From Deltaproteobacteria bacterium (lineage in GTDB: Bacteria > Desulfobacterota > Binatia > Binatales > Binataceae): a DNA stretch of 64,000 nt. Shown here one piece after another: positions 55,240 to 64,000 of this stretch (its first letter is position 1; each line of letters opens with the position of its first letter). Below the pieces are notes generated by a model. It was not told the origin of the DNA. It was given only the letters and a program-made list of their open reading frames with translations, and ran no database searches. The stretch lies in contig JAKBMB010000025.1 in the NCBI GenBank assembly GCA_021831785.1, forward strand, positions 2,377-66,376, read 5' to 3'. The translations under genes and the position numbers were made by a program.

Positions 55240-58200
55240 AATGACGCGCGGGCGCCCGTTGTCTCCGCTTCGTCTCCCAGAGCGCGCTCGAGGGCCTGCG
55301 CGTCCGCCTGGGAGAGAGCGAAATATTTCGCCTCGGGATGGTGGAAGACCATCGCGCTGACCGAGCTCTCCGGGTCCATCATGAAGCCCTCGGTGAGCTT
55401 GAGCTCAATGGCGGCTTCGAGGTTCAGCAGGCGGAAAAGCTGGGCCTGGTCTTCGAGCCGGGGGCAGGCCGGGTAGCCGAAGGAGTAGCGCCGGCCATGG
55501 TAGCGCGCCTGAAACAGGTCTTTCATCGTCAGACCCGGCGGGTCTCCGATTCCCCACATCGCGCGGATTTTCTTATGCAGCAGCTCGGCGAACGCTTCAG
55601 CGCTCTCCAAAGCCAGGGCCTGGAGAATGTGCGAGCGCAAATACTCGCCCTTTTCTTTCCACTTGTCAGCCAATGCGCGCACGCCGGCGCCGATCGTCGT
55701 CGCGAAAAAGCAAATGTAGTCAGCGCGGCCCGAGCCCACGGGCGCGACGTAGTCGGCCAGGCACAGATGCGGCGGCTCGCTCTGGCGGCCGAAGATGAAT
55801 GTGGTCAAGGTGGTCTTGGCGTCAGCGTCATAGATGATTACCCGGTTTTCGTCGGAGTGCGCCGGGAAAAAGCGGTAAACCGCGTTGGCGCTGATGTCCG
55901 CGCGCGCGAGCATCACTTCCTCGACTTCGGCAACCGCCGCGCGCAGTTCGCGCGCCTTCGCATCGCCGGCGTCCAGCGCCTGCTCGAACTGCTTGAAGCC
56001 GAGATGGCGCGTATAGAGCATCAGCGGGTTGATATAGCGGAAGATTTCCTCCAGGTCATAGTTGCGCAGCACGCGCTGAACGAGGTCAGGTGGCCTGGGA
56101 ATCGGCGCCTCGCCAACCGGTCTTCGAGCGCGCGCGGGCGCCGGCTGGGGCGCACTTTGCGCCGGGGCGGAGGCCAACAAGCGGCGGGTCTCGTTCGCTA
56201 GGCGTTCGGCCAGCTTGGGCCTGAGCGCGTCGTCCATGAGTTGGTTTGCCAGGTCGAGCCCCTCCATCGCGTCTTTGGCGTAGGCGACGATCCCCCCATG
56301 CTCGGGCGCGATCTTGATGCGCGTGAAACGCGCGGAAAGCGCGGCGCCTCCCACGAGGAGTGGGCACGCAACGCCGGCATTTTTGAGGTCTTGCGCCGTC
56401 ACCGCCATCATCTGCGCCGACTTAACCAGAAGCCCGGACAGTCCGATCAGGTCCGGCCGATGGTCGCGGTAAGCCTGGATGATCGTCTCCGGCGGCACCT
56501 TGATTCCCAGATTAACTACGCGGTAGCCGTTGTTGCTTAGGATTATCTCGACCAGGTTCTTGCCGATGTCATGGACGTCGCCTTTGACCGTGGCCAGGAT
56601 AATCTTGCCTTTGACCGCGCTCTCGGCCTTTTCCATGTGGGGCTCGAGGTAGGCGACGGCCGCCTTCATGACCTCGGCCGACTGGAGTACTTCGGCGACG
56701 ATCATCTGATTGCCGTTGAACAACCGGCCTACCTCGGCCATCCCGTCCATCAAGGGGCCATTGATGATGTCCAGCGCCGCGCTGGTCTTGAGCGCCAGGT
56801 CCAGGTCTTCCCTAAGCCCTTCTTTAGAGCCTTCGATGACGGCGCGCGAGAGCCTTTCCTTAAGCGGCATCGACGCGCGTTCCGCCGGCGGGCGCCCGAG
56901 CTTCTTTTCGCGAAAATAGGCGTTGAAGGCGCCGAGCGGATCGCTTCCGCGCCACCAGATCAAATCCTCGGCCAGCGCCCGCTCCGGCTCCGGTATTGAC
57001 GGGTAGCGCTCGAGCTTTTCGGTGTTGACTATAGCGAGGTCCAGCCCGGCCTGAACGCAGTGGTAAAGCATGACCGAGTTGAGCGTCTCGCGCCCGGCCT
57101 GGGGCAAGCCGAATGAGACGTTGGAGAGCCCAAGCATGGTCTTGCAGCGCGGCAAGGCCGCCTTGATCGCCTTGATCCCTTCGATGGTCTCGACCGCCGA
57201 GCCGATGTAGTTCGGATCGCCGGTTCCGATGGGGAAGACAAGCGGATCGAAGATGATGTCCTCGGGTTCGATGCCGTACTTGCCGGTCAGAAGCTCGTGG
57301 GAGCGCAGCGCGACCTCGAGCTTGCGCGCGCGCGTGACCGCCTGCGCCTGCTGCTGGTCGTCGTCGATACAGCCGACGGCCAGCGCGGCGCCGAAGCGGC
57401 GCGCAAGCGGCGTGACGATGCGAAAGCGTTCCTCGCCGTCCTCGAGATTAATCGAATTAATGATCGCCTTGCCTTGGATGCGCTTGAGCGCTTGCTCGGT
57501 GGCGTGCGCGTCGGTCGAGTCGACCATCAGCGGAACTTTGACCTTCTTCACCAGGACTTCGAGCAAGCCGGTCAGGTCGGCGAGCTCGTCGCGGTCGGGG
57601 TCTTGCAGACAGACGTCGAGAATATGGGCGCCGCGGCGCACTTGCAGGCGGCCGACTTCGGCCGCCTCCTCGAATTTCCCGTTGGCGATGAGGCGTTTGA
57701 ACTTGCGGCTGCCAAGCACGTTAGTGCGCTCGCCCACCAGCACCGGCCGGGTGTTCTCGTCGATGACCAGGGTTTCGATTCCGGCTACCACCGAGCGCTT
57801 AAGCGTTGAGGGCCGGCGCGGGCGCCGGCCCTCGACGGCCTCAGCGATGCGCCGTATATGCTCGGCGGTGGTGCCGCAGCATCCGCCGGCCAAATTGACC
57901 CAATCCTGGTCGGCGAAGCGGGCGATTTTGTCCGCCAGCATATCCGGCGTCTCGGCGTAGCGCCCCTCTTCGTCGGGTAGGCCGGCGTTCGGCACGCAAG
58001 CCACGAAAAAGCGGCTTATCTGCGAGAGCGTGCGCAGGTGGTCGGTCATGAAGTCGGGACCGGTCGCGCAATTGAGCCCCATCCAGAGCAGGTCGCGATG
58101 AGCGAGCGAGGTGTACAACGCTTCGATATCTTGTCCGGCCAGAAGCGTGCCCATCTGCTCGATCGTTCCGGAGACCGCAACCGCGGCCCGCGCCCCGAGC

Positions 58201-58763
58201 CTATCCAGTGCGCGTTCGATTCCAATCAGCCCGGCCTTGGCGTTTAAGGTATCTTGCACGGTCTCCAGCAGCAGGATATCGGCACCGCCTTCCACTAGCC
58301 CCTCGGCCTGCTCCTGGTAGGCGTCGCATAGCGCGTCGAAAGAGACGCCGCCGGTAAGCGAAATAGTCTTCGTCGTGGGCCCCATCGAGCCCGCCACGAA
58401 ACGCGGCTTTCGCGCCGTAGTGGCGGCGTCGGCCGTCTCGCGCGCGAGTTGCGCGGCCAGCCGATTAAGCTCGCGGGCGTCGCGCCCAATCCCGTACTCG
58501 GCGAGCACGATCGAAGTCGAGCCGAAGCTGTCCGTCTCAACGATATCGGCTCCGGCCTCGAGATAGCTCTCGTGAAGCGCGCGAATCTTGTCCGGCCGGG
58601 TGCGAACCAGATTCTCGTTGCATCCCTCCAGCTCGGCCCCGCCGAAATCGTCGTCGGTGAGCTTCATCGCCTGAATGGCGGTGCCGATGGCGCCATCGAG
58701 CACCAGGATTTTTTCCTCCAGCGCTTGGCGCAAAGTCTTAAGCCGTGCCTCGTCTTTGCTCAT
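55236..58763 (-). CDS. metH: Cobalamin-dependent methionine synthase
   Basis: LVLDGAIGT, GLNCATGP, GGCCGTT, GERTN, B12 motif ATVKGDVHDIGKN, RYSFGYPACP; start at MSKDE. Confidence 0.96.
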   Translation of the reverse strand: MSKDEARLKTLRQALEEKILVLDGAIGTAIQAMKLTDDDFGGAELEGCNENLVRTRPDKIRALHESYLEAGADIVETDSFGSTSIVLAEYGIGRDARELNRLAAQLARETADAATTARKPRFVAGSMGPTTKTISLTGGVSFDALCDAYQEQAEGLVEGGADILLLETVQDTLNAKAGLIGIERALDRLGARAAVAVSGTIEQMGTLLAGQDIEALYTSLAHRDLLWMGLNCATGPDFMTDHLRTLSQISRFFVACVPNAGLPDEEGRYAETPDMLADKIARFADQDWVNLAGGCCGTTAEHIRRIAEAVEGRRPRRPSTLKRSVVAGIETLVIDENTRPVLVGERTNVLGSRKFKRLIANGKFEEAAEVGRLQVRRGAHILDVCLQDPDRDELADLTGLLEVLVKKVKVPLMVDSTDAHATEQALKRIQGKAIINSINLEDGEERFRIVTPLARRFGAALAVGCIDDDQQQAQAVTRARKLEVALRSHELLTGKYGIEPEDIIFDPLVFPIGTGDPNYIGSAVETIEGIKAIKAALPRCKTMLGLSNVSFGLPQAGRETLNSVMLYHCVQAGLDLAIVNTEKLERYPSIPEPERALAEDLIWWRGSDPLGAFNAYFREKKLGRPPAERASMPLKERLSRAVIEGSKEGLREDLDLALKTSAALDIINGPLMDGMAEVGRLFNGNQMIVAEVLQSAEVMKAAVAYLEPHMEKAESAVKGKIILATVKGDVHDIGKNLVEIILSNNGYRVVNLGIKVPPETIIQAYRDHRPDLIGLSGLLVKSAQMMAVTAQDLKNAGVACPLLVGGAALSARFTRIKIAPEHGGIVAYAKDAMEGLDLANQLMDDALRPKLAERLANETRRLLASAPAQSAPQPAPARARRPVGEAPIPRPPDLVQRVLRNYDLEEIFRYINPLMLYTRHLGFKQFEQALDAGDAKARELRAAVAEVEEVMLARADISANAVYRFFPAHSDENRVIIYDADAKTTLTTFIFGRQSEPPHLCLADYVAPVGSGRADYICFFATTIGAGVRALADKWKEKGEYLRSHILQALALESAEAFAELLHKKIRAMWGIGDPPGLTMKDLFQARYHGRRYSFGYPACPRLEDQAQLFRLLNLEAAIELKLTEGFMMDPESSVSAMVFHHPEAKYFALSQADAQALERALGDEAETTGARASF

Positions 58764-59046
58764 CCAGCTAGCCTTTCCGCGAATTAGTCGGCGAACTCTT
58801 AGTCGCAAATGGCCGGCGCCGTTGCCGTGAGCAAGAAGCAACCGGCCTGTGTGAGACAAGTGTAGCCGATGTTTGTCGCCGCGTCAGGTGCGGATGCGGC
58901 CGGCGTTCTTTCCCATCGAGCGTGCCTGTCCCTATATCCAGCGCTCATGACCAGAAGCGGTCTCATAAATGGTCTTGCTTGGATTTTGCGGAAAGTGAAG
59001 TCGCGGCGGGGCTTTCGTTGCCCTGCGTGCGGCGCGCCGGTTTGCG

Positions 59047-59182
59047 CCTCTCCCGACGGGGAGAGGCCGGCGGGCCCGCCGGGCCCGCCGGGTGAGGGAC
59101 CACTGAAAAACAACAATTGCTGCGCGCCCCGTCCGGCTCAGCACCCTCACCCCAGCCCTCTCCCGCTTCGCGGGCGAGGGGG
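59047..59182. repeat. Inverted pair of CCCTCTCCC/GGGAGAGG palindromic repeats
   Basis: CCTCTCCCGACGGGGAGAGG...GGTGAGGG (59047-59098) and CCCTCACCCCAGCCCTCTCCCGCTTCGCGGGCGAGGGG (59144-59182). Confidence 0.7.
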
Positions 59183-59384
59183 GCAGACAAGGGCTGCGCG
59201 GGCGAGGGAAGGGAAAACGTCGGCATCTTGCTGAGGCGCTACTTATGAGATGACTTCCAGGTTGCGACGAACCAGAGCGTCGGATCGTGTCGACGTTGCC
59301 ACCTTCTTGGGTTGGGTGAGCTGCAATCCGCGTGGCGACCCGGGGGTTTGCGCGCGTAGTCTTGACTTATGTTTGCCTACCATG

Positions 59385-59402
59385 AAATGGTATAGACCAT
59401 TT
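59385..59402. promoter_or_regulatory. GntR (HutC/DasR/NagR)-type operator upstream of the lasso enzymes
   Basis: Palindrome AAATGGTATAGACCATTT. Confidence 0.6.
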
Positions 59403-59478
59403 AAATCGACCTCTGCTCCGCTTGCGCGGGCGGCTTGCGCTGCGCGATTGGCGATTGCCGGCGGGAGGGCTTTTTAAG

Positions 59479-59778
59479 ATGGCTACACGGCAGCTTGAAA
59501 TGGCTTCAGTCGTAGTTGCAAGCAAGGAGCAGGTTTCCTGCGACCTGGCTGGAGAAGCGGCAATTCTCAACCTCAAGAACGGCAGCTATTACGGGTTGAA
59601 CCCGGTCGGCGCGACGGTTTGGGACTTGGTAAAAGAGCCGATTTCGATAAGCGCCCTACATAGCGCCGTCTTGGAGCGCTATGAGGTGGAGCCCGAGCGC
59701 TGCGCCGGCGATCTGCTGAATCTGTTGGGAGAGATGGTCGAGCAGGGGCTGATCGAGGTCAAGCGCGCCGATGAATAA
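59479..59778 (+). CDS. Lasso peptide RRE (PqqD-family, B1)
   Basis: QVSCDLAGEAAILNLKNGSYYGLNPVGATVW...YEVEPERCAGDL...GLI. Confidence 0.93.
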   Translation: MATRQLEMASVVVASKEQVSCDLAGEAAILNLKNGSYYGLNPVGATVWDLVKEPISISALHSAVLERYEVEPERCAGDLLNLLGEMVEQGLIEVKRADE

Positions 59779-60259
59779 GTTGCTGCGGCTGAGTGCCGCG
59801 GAATACCTGCTTCTAATCGGTGCGATGCTCAGCGTGGGCGCGGCGCGGCTCGCGCTATGGCTGCTACCCTTTCGCATCGTAAGCCGCCTCGGCGACGGAC
59901 GGGCGCGTCGCGACACTGCACTACCTCTCCCCGCAAAGGGCGGGAATGCCAGGAACGGGGCCGCGCCACAGCGGTTCTCCCCTCAGCGTGTGGCGTGGGC
60001 GGTAATGGCCGCAAGCCGGATGCTTCGCGGCGAGCGGGTATGCCTGGTGCGCGCGCTGGCGGCCCGATGGATGCTGGCCGCACTGGGGCATCCCTCGGAG
60101 TTGCGCATCGGGGTTGCCAAAGCGCCCGGCGGCAAGTTCTCGGCCCACGCCTGGCTTGAGAGCGAGGGCGAAATCGTGATCGGCGGAGCCGAGGCAGAAA
60201 GCTTTACGGCCCTACCGCCGCTTACGCCGGACCATTCACGAGCGGCTAACGCGCCATGA
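59771..60259 (+). CDS. Lasso peptide leader peptidase (B2, transglutaminase-like)
   Basis: CLVRALA (catalytic Cys), LRIGV, AHAWLE. Confidence 0.93.
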   Translation: MNKLLRLSAAEYLLLIGAMLSVGAARLALWLLPFRIVSRLGDGRARRDTALPLPAKGGNARNGAAPQRFSPQRVAWAVMAASRMLRGERVCLVRALAARWMLAALGHPSELRIGVAKAPGGKFSAHAWLESEGEIVIGGAEAESFTALPPLTPDHSRAANAP

Positions 60260-62199
60260 GCGGGATCGCAGCGATATACAATTTTGACCGCCGGCCGGTC
60301 GACCTCGCTCTGCTCGAGCGCATCACCGAGGCGGCCGCTTATCGCGGGCCCGATGCGGGCGGCGTGTGGCACGAAGGCCGCGCCGGGCTGGGCCATCGGA
60401 TGCTGCACACCACGCCCGAGTCCCTGCGCGAGACGCAGCCGCTGGTTGACACTACGGCGAAGCTCGCGCTGGTCATGGACGGGCGCGTCGACAACCGCGA
60501 CGAGCTTATCACCGACTTGCGCGCTCACGGCGTCCGCCTCGCCGACGAAACCGACGCCGAGATCGTGCTGCGCAGTTATGAGCTTTGGCGCGAGGACTCA
60601 CCGCGCCGGATAATCGGCGATTTCGCTTTTGTAATCTGGGATGGGCGCGAGCAGCAGTTATTCTGCGCGCGCGACCCGTTCGGCATCAAGTCGTTCTATT
60701 ACCACCGCGACGCGCGGCGCTTTTTGTGCGGTTCCGAGCTTCACCAAATACTTGAAGACGCCACAGTGCCGCACGAGCCCAACGAAGGCATGGTCGGCGA
60801 GTACCTCGCCGACCGTATCAGAAACCGCGAAGAGACGCTGTTCAACGGCATCTTCCGCCTCGAACCGGCCCATTATCTCATCATTCGAGAAAGCGGACTC
60901 GTAAAGCGCCGATACTACGATATCGACCCGGAAAACCGGATAGTCCATGGCAGCGACGATGAGTACGCCGCCCATTTCCTTGAGCTGTTCAAGCAGGCTG
61001 TGGCCTGTCGCATGCGCAGTTGCACGCCGGTCGGCGCGGAGTTAAGCGGGGGGTTGGACTCATCCTCGGTGGCTTGCACCGTCCAGCTCTTACTTAAGAG
61101 CGGCGCATGTGCTGCGCCCGGTTTCGAGACCTTTTCCGCGGTATATCCGGGCTTGCCCTGCGACGAGAGCGAATACATCGCGAGCGTGGTCGAAAAGGCT
61201 GGTCTCAAGGCAAATTTGCTTCGGCCCGGGCCAACGCCGCCGGGCAAGTGGGTGACCGAGGCGCGTCGGTTTGGCGACTTTCCGGGCTACGCGAACGGAT
61301 TGATGAACGAAGCCGTCTTAGATTCCGTGCGCGCCAAGGGCATGAGGGTCGTGCTTACCGGCGTTGGCGGAGATGAATTTCTGACCGGCAGCTTCCGCCA
61401 TTGCGCCGACCTGTTAAGCAGGCTTGAGCTCCGCGCGTTAATCGGTTACTTGCGGGACGCTTTTTCGAGGTACGGGCTCGAGCCCTGGCGGCTGGGCGAC
61501 CTCCCTGCCGTTGCCGCGATCATGCGCGATGTCGTTCGACCGCTGGTTCCTTTGCCCGCAGTCCGTGCGCTTAAGCGGCTGCGTAGGCGCGATCCCGTAC
61601 CGAGCTTCATCAACCGGGAATTCGCTCGGCGAAGCGCCTTGGCCGAGCGCCTTACCGTCGAGGAGAAAGTTCCCAACGCTTTCAGCTTCGCCCAGGCTCA
61701 TATGTATGGCGCGCTGCTGGACGGGCGCCTTTGTCAGGCCGCGGAACAAGGCAGCCGTTCGGACGGTGCCTACGGAATCGAGAGCAGGCACCCGTTTTAC
61801 GACCGGCGCATAGTGGAGTTTGCATTTGGTATCCCTGAAGAGCAGCGCCACTGGCGAGGCCTAACTAAGCTCGTCTTGCGCAACGCGATGAGGGGCATTT
61901 TGCCTGAAAAAGTACGCCAGCGGCGGACCAAGGCCGAGTTTTCTTCGACGGTGCTTCAGGAGCTGGAAGCCTTGGGCGGTGAGCGGTTATTCGCCTCGCT
62001 CGCGATCGCTGAGCTCGGATGGGTGAACCAAGAGGAGGTGCGCCGGATGTACCGCCGGGCTGTGGCTATTAGCGCGGCAGATGGAGACCCCGCTTTAACT
62101 CGGCTGCGCGAACTGTGGCGGCTCTTCGGCATTGATCTGTGGTACAGAGTTGGTTTTCTCGATCGGGGTGGACAAAAAACGCGTACCTGTGCTGCATAA
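60256..62199 (+). CDS. Lasso cyclase (asparagine synthetase-like, C protein)
   Basis: MSGI start (Ser in place of the glutaminase Cys), ARDPFG, ELSGGLDSS, TGVGGDE, RHPFYDRR; translationally coupled to B2. Confidence 0.92.
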   Translation: MSGIAAIYNFDRRPVDLALLERITEAAAYRGPDAGGVWHEGRAGLGHRMLHTTPESLRETQPLVDTTAKLALVMDGRVDNRDELITDLRAHGVRLADETDAEIVLRSYELWREDSPRRIIGDFAFVIWDGREQQLFCARDPFGIKSFYYHRDARRFLCGSELHQILEDATVPHEPNEGMVGEYLADRIRNREETLFNGIFRLEPAHYLIIRESGLVKRRYYDIDPENRIVHGSDDEYAAHFLELFKQAVACRMRSCTPVGAELSGGLDSSSVACTVQLLLKSGACAAPGFETFSAVYPGLPCDESEYIASVVEKAGLKANLLRPGPTPPGKWVTEARRFGDFPGYANGLMNEAVLDSVRAKGMRVVLTGVGGDEFLTGSFRHCADLLSRLELRALIGYLRDAFSRYGLEPWRLGDLPAVAAIMRDVVRPLVPLPAVRALKRLRRRDPVPSFINREFARRSALAERLTVEEKVPNAFSFAQAHMYGALLDGRLCQAAEQGSRSDGAYGIESRHPFYDRRIVEFAFGIPEEQRHWRGLTKLVLRNAMRGILPEKVRQRRTKAEFSSTVLQELEALGGERLFASLAIAELGWVNQEEVRRMYRRAVAISAADGDPALTRLRELWRLFGIDLWYRVGFLDRGGQKTRTCAA

Positions 62200-62235
62200 A
62201 AATGCATGGATTTTAAAGACAGGCCATAAATTCGC

Positions 62236-62263
62236 TTGACTTAGCGTAAATTGATGCTACGGT
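62236..62263 (+). promoter_or_regulatory. Candidate sigma70 promoter for the lasso precursor
   Basis: TTGACT-16 nt-TACGGT with TGn extension, in an AT-rich spacer. Confidence 0.35.
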
Positions 62264-62412
62264 AGCCGTTAGTGACTTGAAGTTTTCTTGGTTTCGCAAA
62301 AATTGTTTGCATTGCGCCCAGCGTTTCGGTATCCATTTGATGACGAAATGAGGGCGACAGGCTCGATAGGATAAAGAACAAAGCAACGACCGGACAGGAG
62401 GTATCAGTTGCG

Positions 62413-62428
62413 ATGGGTCTAGACAATC
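62413..62428. promoter_or_regulatory. Second GntR-type box, upstream of the lasso precursor
   Basis: ATGGGTCTAGACAATC shares the GGT-N-TAGAC core with 59385-59402. Confidence 0.45.
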
Positions 62429-62475
62429 TTGCAGGACGAAGGCTGCAATCCGTAGGTGCAGAGAAACAGGCGGAA

Positions 62476-62610
62476 ATGAGCGCGCGTCAACGATACGAGG
62501 CGCCCAAGCTGGTTCATTACGGGAGCGTCGCGGAACTCACCGAGGCCGGAAAGAGCCGTGGTGCCAATGACGGACAGCACCGCCCGTTTGTTGGCGGTGT
62601 AGGGCTGTAA
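62476..62610 (+). CDS. Lasso peptide precursor (A), 44 aa
   Basis: MSARQRYEAPKLVHYGSVAELTE-AGKSRGANDGQHRPFVGGVGL: YxxPxL..G leader motif, Thr at -2, Asp at core position 9. Confidence 0.9.
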   Translation: MSARQRYEAPKLVHYGSVAELTEAGKSRGANDGQHRPFVGGVGL

Positions 62611-62711
62611 ATACCGGCTCGTGGCGGGATGCCTGAGCTCTGGGAGGCGGGGAGTACCCGTGGTACGTCCCTAGGCCGGCGCGTCACGCGAGGGCAAGGC
62701 GTACGTAGCCC

Positions 62712-63734
62712 GTGCGTTATCTGGCATATGGCCTCGCGGTGGAGAGCGATGCCCGACTGCCCGAGCTGCCGCAGCTCGAGACAGTCGTCGACGCTCGCGT
62801 TGACTTAGCGGCTCGCTTAGCCCGCCCGTCGGGCGTGATGCCGGAGGTTCTGGATGTGGTCCAGACCAGAGCGCACGATGATGGAGCGCCGTGGATAAGG
62901 ATCGCCCGGACCGCGTCGGGCTATCTGATTAGCGAAGCCGGCACGGCTGACTTTGCGGTTGACCGGCACGGGCGCGAGGTCGTTTTGTGCCGGGCCGGGC
63001 CCGGGGTTTCCGAGCTCACGCTCCGCCACGTATTGCTGGACTGGGTGCTCGCTCTGGTCCTATGCCTGCGCGGTAAGCAGGTTCTGCACGCGAGCTCGAT
63101 CGTCACGCCGGACGGACTTTGCGCCTTCGCTGGCCCGTCGGGCGCCGGGAAGTCCACTCTGGCAGCGAGCTTTATCGCCGCCGGCTATCCCCTCTTGTGT
63201 GACGATTGTCTCGTGGTTGAAAAAAGCGCCGAGGCCGGGCGCTTTGAATGCACGCCGGCCTATCCGGGGCTTCGCCTTTGGGATGATTCGGTAGATGCCT
63301 TAGGGCTCAGGGCGGACGTCACGCAAAGCGTGGCGGGTTATATGCCCAAGCATCGCGTCGTCATCGAAGATCGCGCAAACGGCTTGACCGCAGGAAGCCA
63401 CCCGCTGGCGCGAGTGTACTGCATTAATCGCAGGCCTAGGGCGGCCGGGTTCGAAATGCCGTCGGTCGAACCGCTTGAAGGTAAAGACGCCCTGATCGAA
63501 CTGGTCTCGCGCTCGTGGATGTGCGATCCTACCGACAAGACGGCGCTGGTGAAGCATTTCCGCTTTTTTGAGTCGCTAGCAAAGCACGTCGCCGTCAGGA
63601 AACTTCGCGTGCCCGACGATATTGCTCTGCTCCCGGACGTCCGGAGGGCAGTGCTGGCCGACCTGGCCGGTGAGCGACAGGCGAGTTCAGGCCACTCGAA
63701 GCAAGCGCTGCCTTACGAATCGCAGCCTCGATAA
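62712..63734 (+). CDS. HPr-kinase-like lasso tailoring kinase
   Basis: LHASS, GPSGAGKSTLA, LLCDD, RLWDDS; immediately after the precursor. Confidence 0.85.
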   Translation: MRYLAYGLAVESDARLPELPQLETVVDARVDLAARLARPSGVMPEVLDVVQTRAHDDGAPWIRIARTASGYLISEAGTADFAVDRHGREVVLCRAGPGVSELTLRHVLLDWVLALVLCLRGKQVLHASSIVTPDGLCAFAGPSGAGKSTLAASFIAAGYPLLCDDCLVVEKSAEAGRFECTPAYPGLRLWDDSVDALGLRADVTQSVAGYMPKHRVVIEDRANGLTAGSHPLARVYCINRRPRAAGFEMPSVEPLEGKDALIELVSRSWMCDPTDKTALVKHFRFFESLAKHVAVRKLRVPDDIALLPDVRRAVLADLAGERQASSGHSKQALPYESQPR

Positions 63735-63824
63735 GGAGTCTCGCAAGCCTAAACACCTGCCCCGGCAGCCACCTACCGTATTCTCCCATTAGTGAAGCCT
63801 GTCAAAGCTGTCCACCATTCCGGA

Positions 63825-63967
63825 AGTTTGTGATTTTTTGAGTAGTGGGGCGGGCCGCCGTGCCCGCCATGATGCGCGGGCGCCGCGCCCGCGCGGCCAA
63901 TGAATTACCGGGGACCAGGGCCAGGCACGGCGGCCGCAGCGGCGGGCACGACGGCCCGCCCTACTAC
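63825..63967. repeat. REP/MITE-like element copies 3 and 4, forming an inverted pair
   Basis: AGTTTGTGATTTTTTGAGTAGTGGGGCGGGCCGCCGTGCCCGCC (63825-63868) and GGCGGGCACGACGGCCCGCCCTACTAC (63941-63967). Confidence 0.75.
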
Positions 63968-64000
63968 TGCTTCGGCCCATGCCTAACGCCTTTAGCGCTG

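Noticed and set aside
59479-59778. PQQ biosynthesis (PqqD)
   Set aside because: No pqqABCE nearby; context shows a lasso RRE
60256-62199. Housekeeping asparagine synthetase AsnB
   Set aside because: Lacks the N-terminal catalytic Cys and is coupled to B1/B2 and a lasso precursor

Overview
GC-rich chromosomal window from a diderm bacterium (MlaEFD, AsmA-like protein, GT9 heptosyltransferase, Tat-exported formate dehydrogenase). The gene styles suggest a deltaproteobacteria-related lineage such as Ca. Binatia, but that is an impression only. Left to right: cupin fragment, aldo/keto reductase, SRPBCC protein; a minus-strand MerR-type metal module (22-bp operator palindrome, small membrane gene with an in-frame UGA followed by a SECIS-like hairpin, apparently chimeric MerT-like gene, 48-aa Cys-rich metallothionein-like ORF missing from the ORF track, MerR regulator); recC-recB-recD; GT9, fdhD, Zn-ADH, YihY; selenocysteine formate dehydrogenase fdoGHI-fdhE; TPP-dependent E1 alpha/beta, hydrolase, GGCT; mlaEFD-bioFAD; tyrS, pth, hisC, cutA, DUF2064, AsmA-like; a Calvin-cycle cluster (cbbR divergent from a transaldolase-phosphoribulokinase FUSION, red-type probably form IE cbbL-cbbS, cbbX, then tkt); metH; and a lasso-peptide cluster (B1, B2, cyclase, precursor, HPr-kinase-like enzyme) with two GntR/DasR-type boxes. 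Several REP-like palindrome families lie between genes. No tRNA, rRNA, CRISPR array or transposase was recognised. Best leads: the Tal-Prk fusion cbb operon, the candidate selenoprotein/metallothionein metal module, and the kinase-containing lasso cluster whose core lacks a C-terminal Ser. All family calls come from motif recognition by eye, not from database searches.
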